Source: Candidatus Fimivivens faecavium (GTDB lineage Bacteria; Bacillota; Clostridia; Oscillospirales; Ruminococcaceae). From it: a DNA stretch of 64,000 nucleotides. This document shows positions 1 to 9,194 of this stretch, one piece after another. The notes under the pieces were generated by a model. The model had not been told where the DNA came from, made no database searches, and was given only the letters and a program-made list of their open reading frames with translations. The stretch's first letter is position 1, and every line of letters starts with the position of its first letter. Location of the stretch: the NCBI GenBank assembly GCA_018716105.1, contig DVKH01000012.1:1225-65224 (forward strand). The letters are read 5' to 3'. Position numbers and translations under genes: made by a program.

Positions 1-115
1 TCCGGTGGGCCACCTCATAGGCATGGGCCAGGCCGATACCCAGCACATCTGCCACATTCTGTACCGTCAGCATCAGCGGGAGTTCTTCGAAGGATTTGTA
101 TTTGGATCTTCTCAT
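1..115 (-). CDS. helix-turn-helix (excisionase/MerR-like) DNA-binding protein, N-terminal part; gene runs off the left edge
   Basis: Reverse-strand ATG at 113-115 preceded by an AAGGAAG RBS. My translation is MRRSKYKSFEELPLMLTVQNVADVLGIGLAHAYEVAHR, which has the LTVxxVAxxLGI HTH signature typical of ICE/IME modules. Confidence 0.5.
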   Translation of the reverse strand, partial: MRRSKYKSFEELPLMLTVQNVADVLGIGLAHAYEVAHR

Positions 116-184
116 TGACTTCCTTTCCACCTTCCACGCGGAAGGATTTTTATTCTTTGTTTAGCGGCCCAGTTTTTGCGCCGC

Positions 185-1525
185 TCACATGGTCATGTCA
201 GGCCACTGCTCCTCATAGTCATCCGGCTTGTGGCCCAGTGCGATACGCTTTTCCTGCAGCTTCTTCAGTCGCTTGCGGTCGATTTGGATACCGCCGGGAC
301 GAGATTTGGGAACGGAGTTGTCCTGGAAGATCCGTCCCATGTGGTGGGGCAGTCTGGTCACCGCCAGCATGAAAGAGGGCGGACGGTTTTCTTCCAGATG
401 GTCCAGGAGAAACTGCGCATACTGGTTGCCCTGGTCAGCGGATTGGGTCAGCCAGTATACAGCCCGCTCCTCGTCATAGGGAACTACCTTTCCGGTGAGG
501 TACAGCTTGCCCAGCATGTACTGGGCATACTGGTTTCCGCGCTCTGCCGACCTGGTGAACCACTCCACCGCAGCGACTGTGTTCTTCTCCACATTCTCAC
601 CCTTGAGGATACTCCTTTGCCAGTCGGTACATTGCGTAGTGACTGCCGTTGGTCGCCGCCGTGTAGAGCCAGTTCATCCCCTGCTGGATGTTCCGTACCT
701 CCAAATCATCAGAGAGACACAGCTTGGCCAGAGAATACTGCGCCACCAGATGTCCCTGCTCCGCCGCCCGCTCGAACCAGTACTGTGCTTCCACCGAGTC
801 CGGTATCAGTATTGGCCCGTCCCGCCAAAGCTTTCCCATCAGGTATTGGGCGTACATATCACCGCTCTCAGCCAGCTTCTCCATTTCCGCCACGGCGTAG
901 CTCCGCTCATCCAGCGTCTGTCTCTCGCCCGGATCACATCCCGCAACGACCAGTAGTCAGAGGACTCGTTGCGGAATTCCTCCGGCTCATCGTGCTGGCT
1001 CAGATTCTTTTCTTCGAAGGTAACTTCGTCCAGCCGCAGGCGCTCCGCTTCGCGGATGACCGCATTTTTGATCTGTGTGAACTCCTTCTGCTTTGAGAGC
1101 GGGATGCGTTCCTGCGGCTTGTCATAATAGTACGCATCCACCTTACCCTGCAGGATCTGCCACTGCTCATAGCACTTGCTCACCGTAGGGAGCCGCTCCA
1201 TCTCGTCCACAATCTCATCTACCAGCTTCTTCATCCGCTTTGGGAGATAGCCGTAGGACTTCTTGCCCTTGACCGTTTCGAGCTGCGCCGCCAGCTCCAG
1301 CATGAGCCGCTCGGCCTCCGGGTGGCTGCACATTCCTTCCCGCATGGTCCGCACCAGTTCCAGCATCGCCCGACGGTCTTCCTGTACCAGCTCATCTCTG
1401 GACTCCGACTTCTGTTCATAAAGGTGGAGCATCTCGTTGCGGAAGATATCGTTGATCAGCTTGGACTTGATCTGACGGATGCCTGTCGTAGGTTTCCTGC
1501 CAGAAGCTGATGTATTCCCGAATCG
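185..1525 (-). pseudogene. relaxase/mobilisation protein remnant with C-terminal Sel1 (TPR-like) repeats; at least two frameshifts and no N-terminal relaxase domain
   Basis: ORFs 839-1432, 597-893 and 185-592 are colinear pieces in three frames. Reading across the junctions restores ...RDVIR/GERQTLDERSYAVAEMEKL... near 900-950 and ...AKEY/KGENVEKNTVAAVEWF... near 592-600. Repeated GNQYAQYxLGKLY Sel1 motifs are present. Confidence 0.6.
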
Positions 1526-2276
1526 TCATATCCCCACCTCCATGCACTGGCGCTGCAGATCCCGGAAGGCCACCCACGGCAGTCGGGCCTGTTGCAGCAG
1601 TTTCTTGTGGAGGTAATAGAATTCGTGGAGTTTGTAGGGTTCTTCTGTTTTGGGATTGAGGAATACCCAGGGTGAATCCGTTTCCGGCAGTCGCTCCAAC
1701 AGATGCTCCGCTCTGGGATTCAGCGTCAGCAGGCGCTGGCCCCGGTGGATGTACCGGCAGCGGACATGAAAATCGGCCCACGACAAGGTGATGAGTTCAC
1801 ATTGCCGCAGGCCGCTTGAAAGTCCTGTATAGATAATGGGAAGTACGTCCGCACTGCTCGGCGGCGTTCAGGTAACGCTGGATCTGCCCCAGACGGAGCG
1901 GGGCTGTCCTGTATTCTTCCGCCGCAGGCTCCGTGCAGAGCCGAACCGGGTTGTAGGGCATGAGCTGCTCCCGCGCCGCTTCGTCCATACATCGCCGCAG
2001 AAGCAGATGGACGCACCAGACACTTCTGGCGCTGAGTCCCTGGCTCCGCAAGTCATCGTAGAAGCCTGCGACCGTCTGTTCTGTCAGCGCAGTCAGTTCG
2101 ATGCCGCCGACGCCGGGGATAATGCGGCTGTAGATCAGGTTGCGGTAGCCGCCCTCGGTGTTGCCGTTCCACTTGCTTCGGTTGGTCTGAAACCAGCAGT
2201 CGCACCACTGCCCGACCGTGATTTTCTGTTCTTTCTGCATATCGTCGCCTCCTTTTTGGCAAACGAACAATATCAC
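1526..2276 (-). pseudogene. tyrosine recombinase/integrase, broken into an N-terminal SAM-like piece and a short C-terminal piece
   Basis: ORF 1797-2276 (TVGQWCDCWFQTNRSKWNGNTEGGYRNLIYSRIIP...LRSQGLSARSV) looks like a phage-integrase N-terminal domain. ORF 1526-1786 holds only about 85 aa of a catalytic-domain tail. A second integrase-like N-terminus (MTIREYISFWQETY) at about 1480-1525 is fused out of frame to relaxase sequence. Confidence 0.6.
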
Positions 2277-2326
2277 AGAAAGCGGAAAATAGCTATCGGA
2301 AAGAACGGAATATTTCAGAAAGAATA

Positions 2327-2362
2327 ATTATTCCGAATAATGTCGCTATTATTCGGAATAAT
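2327..2362. promoter_or_regulatory. perfect inverted repeat ATTATTCCGAATAAT-N6-ATTATTCGGAATAAT (candidate operator); a third half-site TTATTCGGAAG lies at 2373-2383
   Basis: Read directly. The 15-bp arms are exact reverse complements and abut the -35 of the promoter below. Confidence 0.6.
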
Positions 2363-2366
2363 GCAG

Positions 2367-2395
2367 TTGATTTTATTCGGAAGATTGGTTATAAT
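2367..2395 (+). promoter_or_regulatory. sigma70-type promoter TTGATT-17-TATAAT for the 2428 gene
   Basis: Hexamers at 2367-2372 and 2390-2395, about 30 nt upstream of the ATG. Confidence 0.5.
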
Positions 2396-2427
2396 GTTCT
2401 TGAAAACAGGCACGGAGGTGTTCCTAT

Positions 2428-4293
2428 ATGACAATTAAAGAAGCGGCTGCCGCTTGGGGCATTACCGAACGGCGGGTCAACGAGCTTTGCAAAGCCGGAC
2501 GCATCTCCGGCGCACATAAGGAAGGCAGACAGTGGTTTATCCCGGATGGCACGCAAAAGCCGATGGATAAGCGTGGCCGTCGGAATGCTGTGGCTCCGGT
2601 GCTGCCCTCCGTGCGCAAACCTCTGCCCATCGGCGTGTCCGATTACCGGGAGGCCTGCAATAATTACTACTATGTAGACAAAACACTGATGATCAAGGAG
2701 TTTCTGGATGAACGGCCCAAGGTATCCCTGTTCACCCGTCCCCGGCGCTTCGGTAAGACGCTGAACATGGATATGCTTCGTACTTTCTTCGAGAAAACGA
2801 CCGAGGATACCTCTATTTATTTCAGAGATAAGAAAATCTGGTCCTGTGGCGATTCCTACCGCGCTCATCAGAGAAAATATCCTGTTGTGTTTCTTTCCTT
2901 TAAGGATGTGAAATACACCTCCTGGGAGGAAACATACCAGACGCTCCAAAAGCTGATTGCACAGGAATTTCGCCGCCACGATGAATTGGCTTCCAGCTCC
3001 GCACTCAGCGATTATGAAAAAGAGGAATATTCCCGTCTTGCAACGGAAACAGCAGATGAAGTGGACTACCAAATGTCCCTTGGGACGCTGACGCTGCTTC
3101 TCCATAAGCACCACGATACTGCGCCCATCGTTATTATTGACGAATACGATACTCCCATCCAGCAGGGCCATGTGAATGGTTTTTACGATACCGTTATCGG
3201 CTTCATGCGCAATCTGTTCTCCGGTGGCCTGAAGGACAATCCAAATCTGAGTTATGGCTTCCTGACCGGCATCCTGCGTGTTGCCAAAGAGAGCATTTTC
3301 AGCGGTCTGAACAATCTGAAAATCAATTCCATCCTGGATGGGCGTTACAGCGAATACTTCGGTTTCACCTCAGAAGAAGTGCGTGAGATGGCGGAATACT
3401 ACGGCGCATCCGAAAAATATCAGGAGATCTGCGACTGGTACGATGGTTATCGTTTTGGTAACACCGATATTTTCAACCCTTGGTCCGTCATCGGGTACTT
3501 CAACAACAACTGCCGCCCCAAAGCATTCTGGCAGTCCACCGGCAGCAACGACATCATCCGTGAGGTTCTGGCCTCCGCTACACCGGATATCATGGAGCGT
3601 CTGGAAACATTGATGAAGGGCGAATCCTTCGTTACGCATATCGACACCGGCGTCATCTATCCGCAGATCCAGAACGATCCTTCCTCTGTTTACAGCTTCC
3701 TTCTGGTGGCAGGCTACTTGAAGGCTGTGAGCTGTGATCAGGCTTACGGCGAGGATTATATGTGCGAGGTCGCTCTGCCCAACAAAGAGATCTCTTTCGT
3801 ATACAGCAAAGAGATCCTTTCTCAGCTTGAGTATATTATTCCGCGCAGTCTTGCAATTGAGATCCAGGAAGCGATTTATAAGGTGGATATCCCCGCACTG
3901 CAGCGAGCTTTGGAAAAATATCTGATGCAGACCATCAGTTTCTACGACTCCAACGCTGAGGATTTCTATCACGGCATGGTTCTTGGATTCTGTGCCATGC
4001 TGAACAACAATTACCGCATTACCTCCAATCGTGAAGCCGGTAAGGGACGGTATGATGTCCAGCTTCTTCCTCTTCATAAGCAGCTTCCCGGTATTCTGAT
4101 TGAGTTGAAGGCTGGAAAAGATCTCTCCGAAGCACAGCTTGAGGATCTTTCCAAAGTCGCACTGCAGCAAATCAACGACCGGGCGTACAGTGTTGAATTG
4201 CAGGCAATGAAAGTCTCGTCCGTTGTAAAAATGGGTCTTGCATTTTCCGGCAAACATGCTCGTATTTCCGGAGATCAACAAGAACTCGAATGA
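2428..4293 (+). CDS. HTH domain + predicted AAA-ATPase-like domain + PD-(D/E)XK nuclease-like C-terminus (PF09820/PF08011-type architecture)
   Basis: 621-aa ORF. The N-terminus MTIKEAAAAWGITERRVNELCKAG is an HTH. GVSDYREACNNYYYVDKTLMIKEFLDERPKVSLFTRPRRFGKTLNMDMLRTFFE is the signature start of the predicted AAA-ATPase family. The C-terminal GKGRYDVQLLP...ILIELK resembles a PD-(D/E)XK core. Confidence 0.75.
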   Translation: MTIKEAAAAWGITERRVNELCKAGRISGAHKEGRQWFIPDGTQKPMDKRGRRNAVAPVLPSVRKPLPIGVSDYREACNNYYYVDKTLMIKEFLDERPKVSLFTRPRRFGKTLNMDMLRTFFEKTTEDTSIYFRDKKIWSCGDSYRAHQRKYPVVFLSFKDVKYTSWEETYQTLQKLIAQEFRRHDELASSSALSDYEKEEYSRLATETADEVDYQMSLGTLTLLLHKHHDTAPIVIIDEYDTPIQQGHVNGFYDTVIGFMRNLFSGGLKDNPNLSYGFLTGILRVAKESIFSGLNNLKINSILDGRYSEYFGFTSEEVREMAEYYGASEKYQEICDWYDGYRFGNTDIFNPWSVIGYFNNNCRPKAFWQSTGSNDIIREVLASATPDIMERLETLMKGESFVTHIDTGVIYPQIQNDPSSVYSFLLVAGYLKAVSCDQAYGEDYMCEVALPNKEISFVYSKEILSQLEYIIPRSLAIEIQEAIYKVDIPALQRALEKYLMQTISFYDSNAEDFYHGMVLGFCAMLNNNYRITSNREAGKGRYDVQLLPLHKQLPGILIELKAGKDLSEAQLEDLSKVALQQINDRAYSVELQAMKVSSVVKMGLAFSGKHARISGDQQELE

Positions 4294-4582
4294 TTTTCTT
4301 CGTTCAGCAGGCTGGCTCACTTGCGAGTCAGCCTGCTGCTATGCTTTCCGCCGGGTTTATTCCTTGTTTATGCGGCGCAATTCCTGCACCCTGTTCTGTG
4401 GTATATCGGGCAAATCTGGACGTAGTTTCTTTTAATATACAGAATTCAATCCCACACAAATCCCAAAAGGCGAAAGATTTGATTGAAGCAAACAGGGCAA
4501 AAGAGTTTCAAACAGGAACCGCAGGATTGAAGGAAAGCGACAAAGAGGTCGCAAGAGTTCCCGCTGAAGGTTCAGACACATA

Positions 4583-5005
4583 TTGATAAAAACATTTCCA
4601 GAAGCCCGGGTCTCCTGGTCTATCAACACATTGGACGAGGGTTTTAGGTCGGATATGGACAACGCGGCGTCGATTGAGCGCCGTCTTTCCGCTATGGGGG
4701 CTTTTTATCGAGCGGGCATTCGCACAACCTGTTTTATTTCGCCTATTTTCCCGGGCATTACGGACGTAGAAGCGATTATCCGGCGGGTAAAAAAACAGTG
4801 CAGCTTGATTTGGCTGGAAAACCTCAACCTGCGCGGCAGCTGCAAGACCGTGATGATGCAATACATACAAGATGCCCGGCCGCATCTGCTGCCCCTTTAT
4901 CGGGAGATTCACAGCGTTGGCATTGTAATGAATCACCGGGCGGAAATGATTGCGGCGATACTGGCTGTCTTTCTATGCCCGCAAATTAAGCAGAAAACAT
5001 TCTAG
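4583..5005 (+). pseudogene. C-terminal fragment of a radical SAM (SPL/DNA-photolyase-like) protein
   Basis: The 140-aa ORF covers only the distal barrel (SINTLDEGFRSDMDNAASIERRLSAMGAFYRAGIRTTCFISPIFPGITD...LENLNLRG). No CxxxCxxC-bearing N-terminus is found upstream in any frame. Confidence 0.5.
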
Positions 5006-5026
5006 CTTAGCGTGCAAAATTTCATC

Positions 5027-5059
5027 AAAAGAGCGCAGACGGAAATGCCGTCTGCGCTC
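5027..5059 (-). terminator. rho-independent terminator downstream of the ydbC-like gene
   Basis: 12-bp stem GAGCGCAGACGG/CCGTCTGCGCTC with a short loop, followed by a T-run on the minus strand. Confidence 0.6.
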
Positions 5060-5128
5060 TCAAATGCAATATTTCATCTTCCTGCAAGGATGGAAATCCG
5101 GCCCCTATTCCATAGGAGCGAGCGTTTT

Positions 5129-5356
5129 CTATTCGCCCAGATCGAGCTTCGAAAGAATCCGCCTCAGCGCGAGAAGATCCTCTTTGGTCAGGGTGATTCC
5201 CTTTCCCATCCGCTCGCCGTCTGGGGACCATTCCCGCAGGTCGTATTTCGGCTCGCGCTCGTTCCAACTGATCAAATTCAGCTCCTTCGTCCAGCCCCGC
5301 GGCGATTCGCTGAGCAAGCCAATCTTTTCCACCACTTCGTATTTGAGTTCCGCCAT
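5129..5356 (-). CDS. YdbC/PC4-like small ssDNA-binding family protein
   Basis: 75 aa. MAELKYEVVEKIGLLSESPRGWTKELNLISWNEREPKYDLREWSPDGERMGKGITL matches the conserved YdbC-family pattern. Confidence 0.7.
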   Translation of the reverse strand: MAELKYEVVEKIGLLSESPRGWTKELNLISWNEREPKYDLREWSPDGERMGKGITLTKEDLLALRRILSKLDLGE

Positions 5357-5633
5357 GTTTTCACCTTCTTAATTGAAATTCATTTTAGAGGCTTTTGCCC
5401 GGTTATTGGCATATGCCCACGGTCCCAGGCGCTGAAGGGCGCCTTTCCCCCGCGGTCGCCGCGCAGCCGATCTTCATCGCCGGATCAGTCCGCACCTGAG
5501 CGGTTAGGCCGCCTTGCGCATTTTCCCCTCTCCGGGCCTGGCCTGCGCCATTTCTTTCCTTTCCTGCAAACTGTGTTTGGAAAACGAAAAAACGCCCGAT
5601 GCGAAAACGACGCGCCGGCCGGGCCAGTCCTTC

Positions 5634-6215
5634 TTATTTTTTAAGAATGATCTCGCCGTAAACCTCGCCCTTGCACCCCGCGGCATTCGATTCATCGGTG
5701 TCGATGTGCATTGCCGTCGCATAGGTGGGATCCACACGGCAGACCACGTCGTCAAAGATCAGCGAGCGGTCCTCGGAGCCGACCTTCACCTGAACGACCT
5801 GCTTGTCCTCTACGCCGTATTCCCTGGCGTCCTCGGGCGTAAAGTGGATGTGGCGCATCGCAACGATCACACCCTCGGAAAGCTCCACTTCGCCGCAGGG
5901 GCCGACCAGCCTGCAGGCGCCCGAACCCTCGATATGGCCGGATTCGCGCACCGGGGCGGAGATGCCGAGCGCTCTCGCGTCGGTCGCAGAAACCTCGACC
6001 TGGGTGCATTTGCGGACAGGGCCGATAATCGAGAGGTTTTTCATCGTAGATTTGGGGCCTACAAGATCCACCCGCTCATTCGAGGCGAACTGCCCGGGCT
6101 GCGAAAGCATCTTTTTAACCGAAAGCTGCGCGTTCTCGCCGAACAGGGTCTTCAGATCCCGCTCCGTTACATGGAGATGGCGCGCACTGGTTTCCACCAG
6201 GACTTTGTTTTTCAT
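5634..6215 (-). CDS. pduL: phosphate propanoyl/acetyl-transferase PduL
   Basis: VETSARHLHVTERDL...GPxR...QVExS.TDA..LG duplicated-domain pattern. Start trimmed to MKNKVLVE, which has a GAAGGAG RBS. Confidence 0.85.
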   Translation of the reverse strand: MKNKVLVETSARHLHVTERDLKTLFGENAQLSVKKMLSQPGQFASNERVDLVGPKSTMKNLSIIGPVRKCTQVEVSATDARALGISAPVRESGHIEGSGACRLVGPCGEVELSEGVIVAMRHIHFTPEDAREYGVEDKQVVQVKVGSEDRSLIFDDVVCRVDPTYATAMHIDTDESNAAGCKGEVYGEIILKK

Positions 6216-6341
6216 GTTATATGCTCCTTCTCTGCCGTAACCGGCTATTGCTTTCACGAGACGGCATAAATATCAACGAACGGATCACCGTCATAAATTC
6301 AAGTATTTCCGATTTCGCTTGCCGTAATTTATATAAAATGA

Positions 6342-6510
6342 CGATACCATAACGACGGCCCTATGGCCTGCGCGCCGCGGAAACGGCGTACAAACCGCCC
6401 AAAACCGATTTGAATTGCGGTGTAACAAGCGCAGCGCGCGGCGCCTGACGCGCGTGCCCCGCCAAAGGCGGGTTAAGTTGGGCAAGCCCAAATCTCTGCG
6501 GTTATGATCC
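6342..6510 (-). repeat. GC-rich structured repeat, copy B (proximal to pduL)
   Basis: The reverse complement aligns along its length with 9580-9751. Shared blocks are ATAACCGCAG, TTGGGC..GCCCAA, CCGCC..GGCGGGG, CTGCGCTTGTTAC, CCGCGGCGCGCAGGCC and CGTTATGG. Confidence 0.65.
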
Positions 6511-6652
6511 CAGAACAGGAAACCGCAAAGGTGGTTCCCGCCGCGCCTGCGGCGGGGCCTGGCGGCAGCCGGGCGGATCTGGTTAAACAAGCGCAGCATC
6601 CCGCCATCGCCGGCAATAAAAGCAAGGCTGTTTTCCCTGCTGGTTATTATAC
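6505..6652 (-). repeat. GC-rich structured repeat, copy A (distal, more diverged), beginning with GGTATAATAACC
   Basis: Shares GGTATAATAACC(A)GCAG and GCTGCGCTTGTTTAAC with the other copies. Lies in tandem with copy B. Confidence 0.5.
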
Positions 6653-6675
6653 CGTCTTGTTCAAATGCTTGTCAA
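6646..6675 (-). promoter_or_regulatory. sigma70-type promoter TTGACA-18-TATAAT reading into repeat copy A and on toward pduL
   Basis: Consensus hexamers on the minus strand (plus-strand TGTCAA 6670-6675, ATTATA 6646-6651). Confidence 0.5.
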
Positions 6676-6744
6676 CGAAGATGACATTTTTTTACGGCTG
6701 TGCTATACTGAAAACCAAATCGAAAAAGCTGGAGGAATGGAAAA

Positions 6745-7329
6745 ATGACGGATAATTTAGCACAATTGAGGGAACGCGCCTCCGGCTGCACGTCCTGCCG
6801 GCTCGCGCAGACCAGAACAAACGTCGTCTTCGGCGTCGGGAACCCGAACGCTCGAGTGATGTTCATCGGGGAAGGCCCGGGAAAAAACGAGGACGAACAG
6901 GGCGAACCGTTTGTCGGCCGCGCCGGCCAGCTTCTCGACCGGATGCTTGGCGGAATCAACCTCTTCCGGGATAAAAACATCTATATTGCCAATATGGTCA
7001 AATGCCGTCCGCCCGAAAACCGGGACCCGGCTCCGGACGAGGTTTCCGAATGCATCGGCTATCTCCGCGAGCAGATTAAACTGATCCATCCCAAAATCCT
7101 GGTCTGCCTCGGCCGGATCGCGGCCCAGTACCTGATCACCCCAGATTTTAAAGTGACAAAGCAGCACGGCGAATTCTTTGAGCGCGGCGATTTTCTCATG
7201 ATGGGGACGCTCCACCCCGCGGCGATCCTGCGCAATCCCGGGCAGAAGGCGCTCGCCTTTGAGGATTTTGTAGGACTCCGCCACCGTATCCTGGAACTCT
7301 GTCCCGAGGTCTATGAAGGGATTGAATAA
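6745..7329 (+). CDS. udg: uracil-DNA glycosylase, family 4
   Basis: CxxCxL...VFGxGNPNARVMFIGEGPG...FVGRAG and a C-terminal HPAA motif. Confidence 0.85.
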   Translation: MTDNLAQLRERASGCTSCRLAQTRTNVVFGVGNPNARVMFIGEGPGKNEDEQGEPFVGRAGQLLDRMLGGINLFRDKNIYIANMVKCRPPENRDPAPDEVSECIGYLREQIKLIHPKILVCLGRIAAQYLITPDFKVTKQHGEFFERGDFLMMGTLHPAAILRNPGQKALAFEDFVGLRHRILELCPEVYEGIE

Positions 7330-7469
7330 GCGGCGCCGTTCTGGCCAAAGCGTCTGCGTTCTCTGCGGTATCCCGCCGCAAGCTGGCGGAAAATGAAGTT
7401 TTCTTCCGTCCCATCCTTCATTTTAGTCAAAAAAACCGCGAAATTTCGTCATATTCTATCCCAATTTTA

Positions 7470-7498
7470 TTGATTCTCGAAACAACGCATGCTATGAT
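7470..7498 (+). promoter_or_regulatory. promoter TTGATT-17-TATGAT for nhaC
   Basis: Hexamers at 7470-7475 and 7493-7498. Confidence 0.4.
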
Positions 7499-7569
7499 AG
7501 GGTTATCTCCCAGCGGACAGGCCCCAATATGGGGCCAAGTCCAATCACAACGGAAATGAGGCAAATTTG

Positions 7570-9093
7570 ATGGATCCTGTACAAGTGGGCTGGCTTTCCC
7601 TGCTGCCGCCGATCATCGCGATCGGCCTGGCGCTGATCACGAAGGAGGTCATCTCCTCCCTGGTCATCGGCATCTTTTCGGGCACCCTGATTTACACCTA
7701 TATGACGGGTGGGAATCTCGTGGTTGACACCGTTCAAAACACCTTCACGCTGATGGCGGGGAGAATCGACATCGACATCCTGCTGTTCCTCGCCCTTCTG
7801 GGCGCGCTGGTTGTGGTGGTCACCCGGGCGGGCGGCTCCCGCGCCTACGGCAAATGGGCGGGAACGAAGCTGAGGGGCCGGTCGAGCACCCTTCTTGCGA
7901 CCAGCGGCCTCGGCGCGCTGATCTTCATCGACGACTATTTCAACTGCCTGACCGTCGGCACCGTCATGAAGCCGGTCACCGATAAATACAAGATTTCGCG
8001 CGCAAAGCTTGCCTACATCATCGATGCAACGGCGGCGCCGGTCTGCATCATCGCCCCGATCTCGAGCTGGGCGGCCGCCGTCGGTTCGAACCTCAAGGCG
8101 ACCGGCGCGTTTGAAAGCGACCTTCAGGCGTTTGTCGCGACCATCCCCTATAACCTCTATGCGATCCTCTCGATCACGATGGTGATCGTGCTCGCCTGCA
8201 CCCATTTGGATTTTGGCCCGATGGCGAAGGCGGAACACCGCGCAGAGCACGGCGATCTCGGCGCCATCGATACAAAGATGGAAGAGACGATGGAGATCTC
8301 CGACAAGGGCCGCGTCCTGGACATGCTGATCCCGATCGGCGCCCTGATCGTCTTCTCGATCGGCGCGATGCTCTATAACGGCGGCTACTGGGGCGACGAC
8401 CCGGCTTATCACACCGTTGCGGCGGCGTTCGGCAACTGCTACGCCTCTGGCGCGCTGATCATCGGCGGCTTTGGCGCGCTGATTGTGGCGTTTCTGCTCT
8501 TTGTCCCTAGAAAGCTGGTCAGCTTCCGGGATTTCATGGACGGTATCACCGAAGGCGTCAAGTCGATGGTGCCGGCCGACATCATCCTGATCCTCGCCTG
8601 GACCATCAGCGGCGTCTGCCGTGAACTTTTGATGACCGGCGAATATGTCAAATCCCTCGTCGAAAACTCGGCGATGCCCGCCGCGCTGATTCCGGCGATC
8701 ATCTTCGTGGTCGCGGCCGCCCTCTCGTTCTCGATGGGAACCGCCTGGGGCACCTTCGGCATCCTGATCCCGATCATTGTCCCGGTCTGTGCGGCGATCG
8801 CGCCGCAGCTTATGGTCGTTTCGCTCTCCGCGACCCTTGCCGGAAGCGTCTTCGGCGACCATTGCTCCCCGATCTCCGACACCACCATTCTCGCGTCCAC
8901 CGGCGCCGGCTGCAACCATATTGAACATGTCTCCACCCAGATGCCATACTGTCTTGTGGTTGCGGGCTGCTGTTTTGTCGGATATCTGGTTGCAGGTTTC
9001 ACAAACGGCAGCGTCGTTTGGACGCTGCTCTCCTCGCTGGTCCTGCTCACAGTCGTGCTGATTGTGCTGCACAAGGTCTTCGGGGACGAATAA
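7570..9093 (+). CDS. nhaC: Na+/H+ antiporter NhaC-family membrane transporter
   Basis: About 507 aa and polytopic, with the typical NhaC blocks (FIDDYFNCLTVGTVMKPVTD, GDHCSPISDTTILAS). The ATG at 7570 has better RBS spacing than the TTG at 7567. Confidence 0.85.
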   Translation: MDPVQVGWLSLLPPIIAIGLALITKEVISSLVIGIFSGTLIYTYMTGGNLVVDTVQNTFTLMAGRIDIDILLFLALLGALVVVVTRAGGSRAYGKWAGTKLRGRSSTLLATSGLGALIFIDDYFNCLTVGTVMKPVTDKYKISRAKLAYIIDATAAPVCIIAPISSWAAAVGSNLKATGAFESDLQAFVATIPYNLYAILSITMVIVLACTHLDFGPMAKAEHRAEHGDLGAIDTKMEETMEISDKGRVLDMLIPIGALIVFSIGAMLYNGGYWGDDPAYHTVAAAFGNCYASGALIIGGFGALIVAFLLFVPRKLVSFRDFMDGITEGVKSMVPADIILILAWTISGVCRELLMTGEYVKSLVENSAMPAALIPAIIFVVAAALSFSMGTAWGTFGILIPIIVPVCAAIAPQLMVVSLSATLAGSVFGDHCSPISDTTILASTGAGCNHIEHVSTQMPYCLVVAGCCFVGYLVAGFTNGSVVWTLLSSLVLLTVVLIVLHKVFGDE

Positions 9094-9152
9094 GAAGCCA
9101 AACCGGTGAACGGTTCCGGCCAACCAGGGCTCAGGTAAAACCGATATGAGTG

Positions 9153-9194
9153 CGTAAGAAACAAAATGAGGGACTGCACTGAAATATGCGCGGT
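9153..9194 (+). terminator. rho-independent terminator of nhaC
   Basis: AAAATGAGGGAC ... GTCCCTCATTTT, a 12-bp stem ending in a T-run. Confidence 0.75.

Noticed and set aside
7499-7566. Possible riboswitch in the nhaC leader (NhaC genes are sometimes under lysine or other riboswitches)
   Set aside because: The leader is only about 65 nt with a single small hairpin (GGCCCC/GGGGCC). That is too short, and it lacks any conserved riboswitch core.
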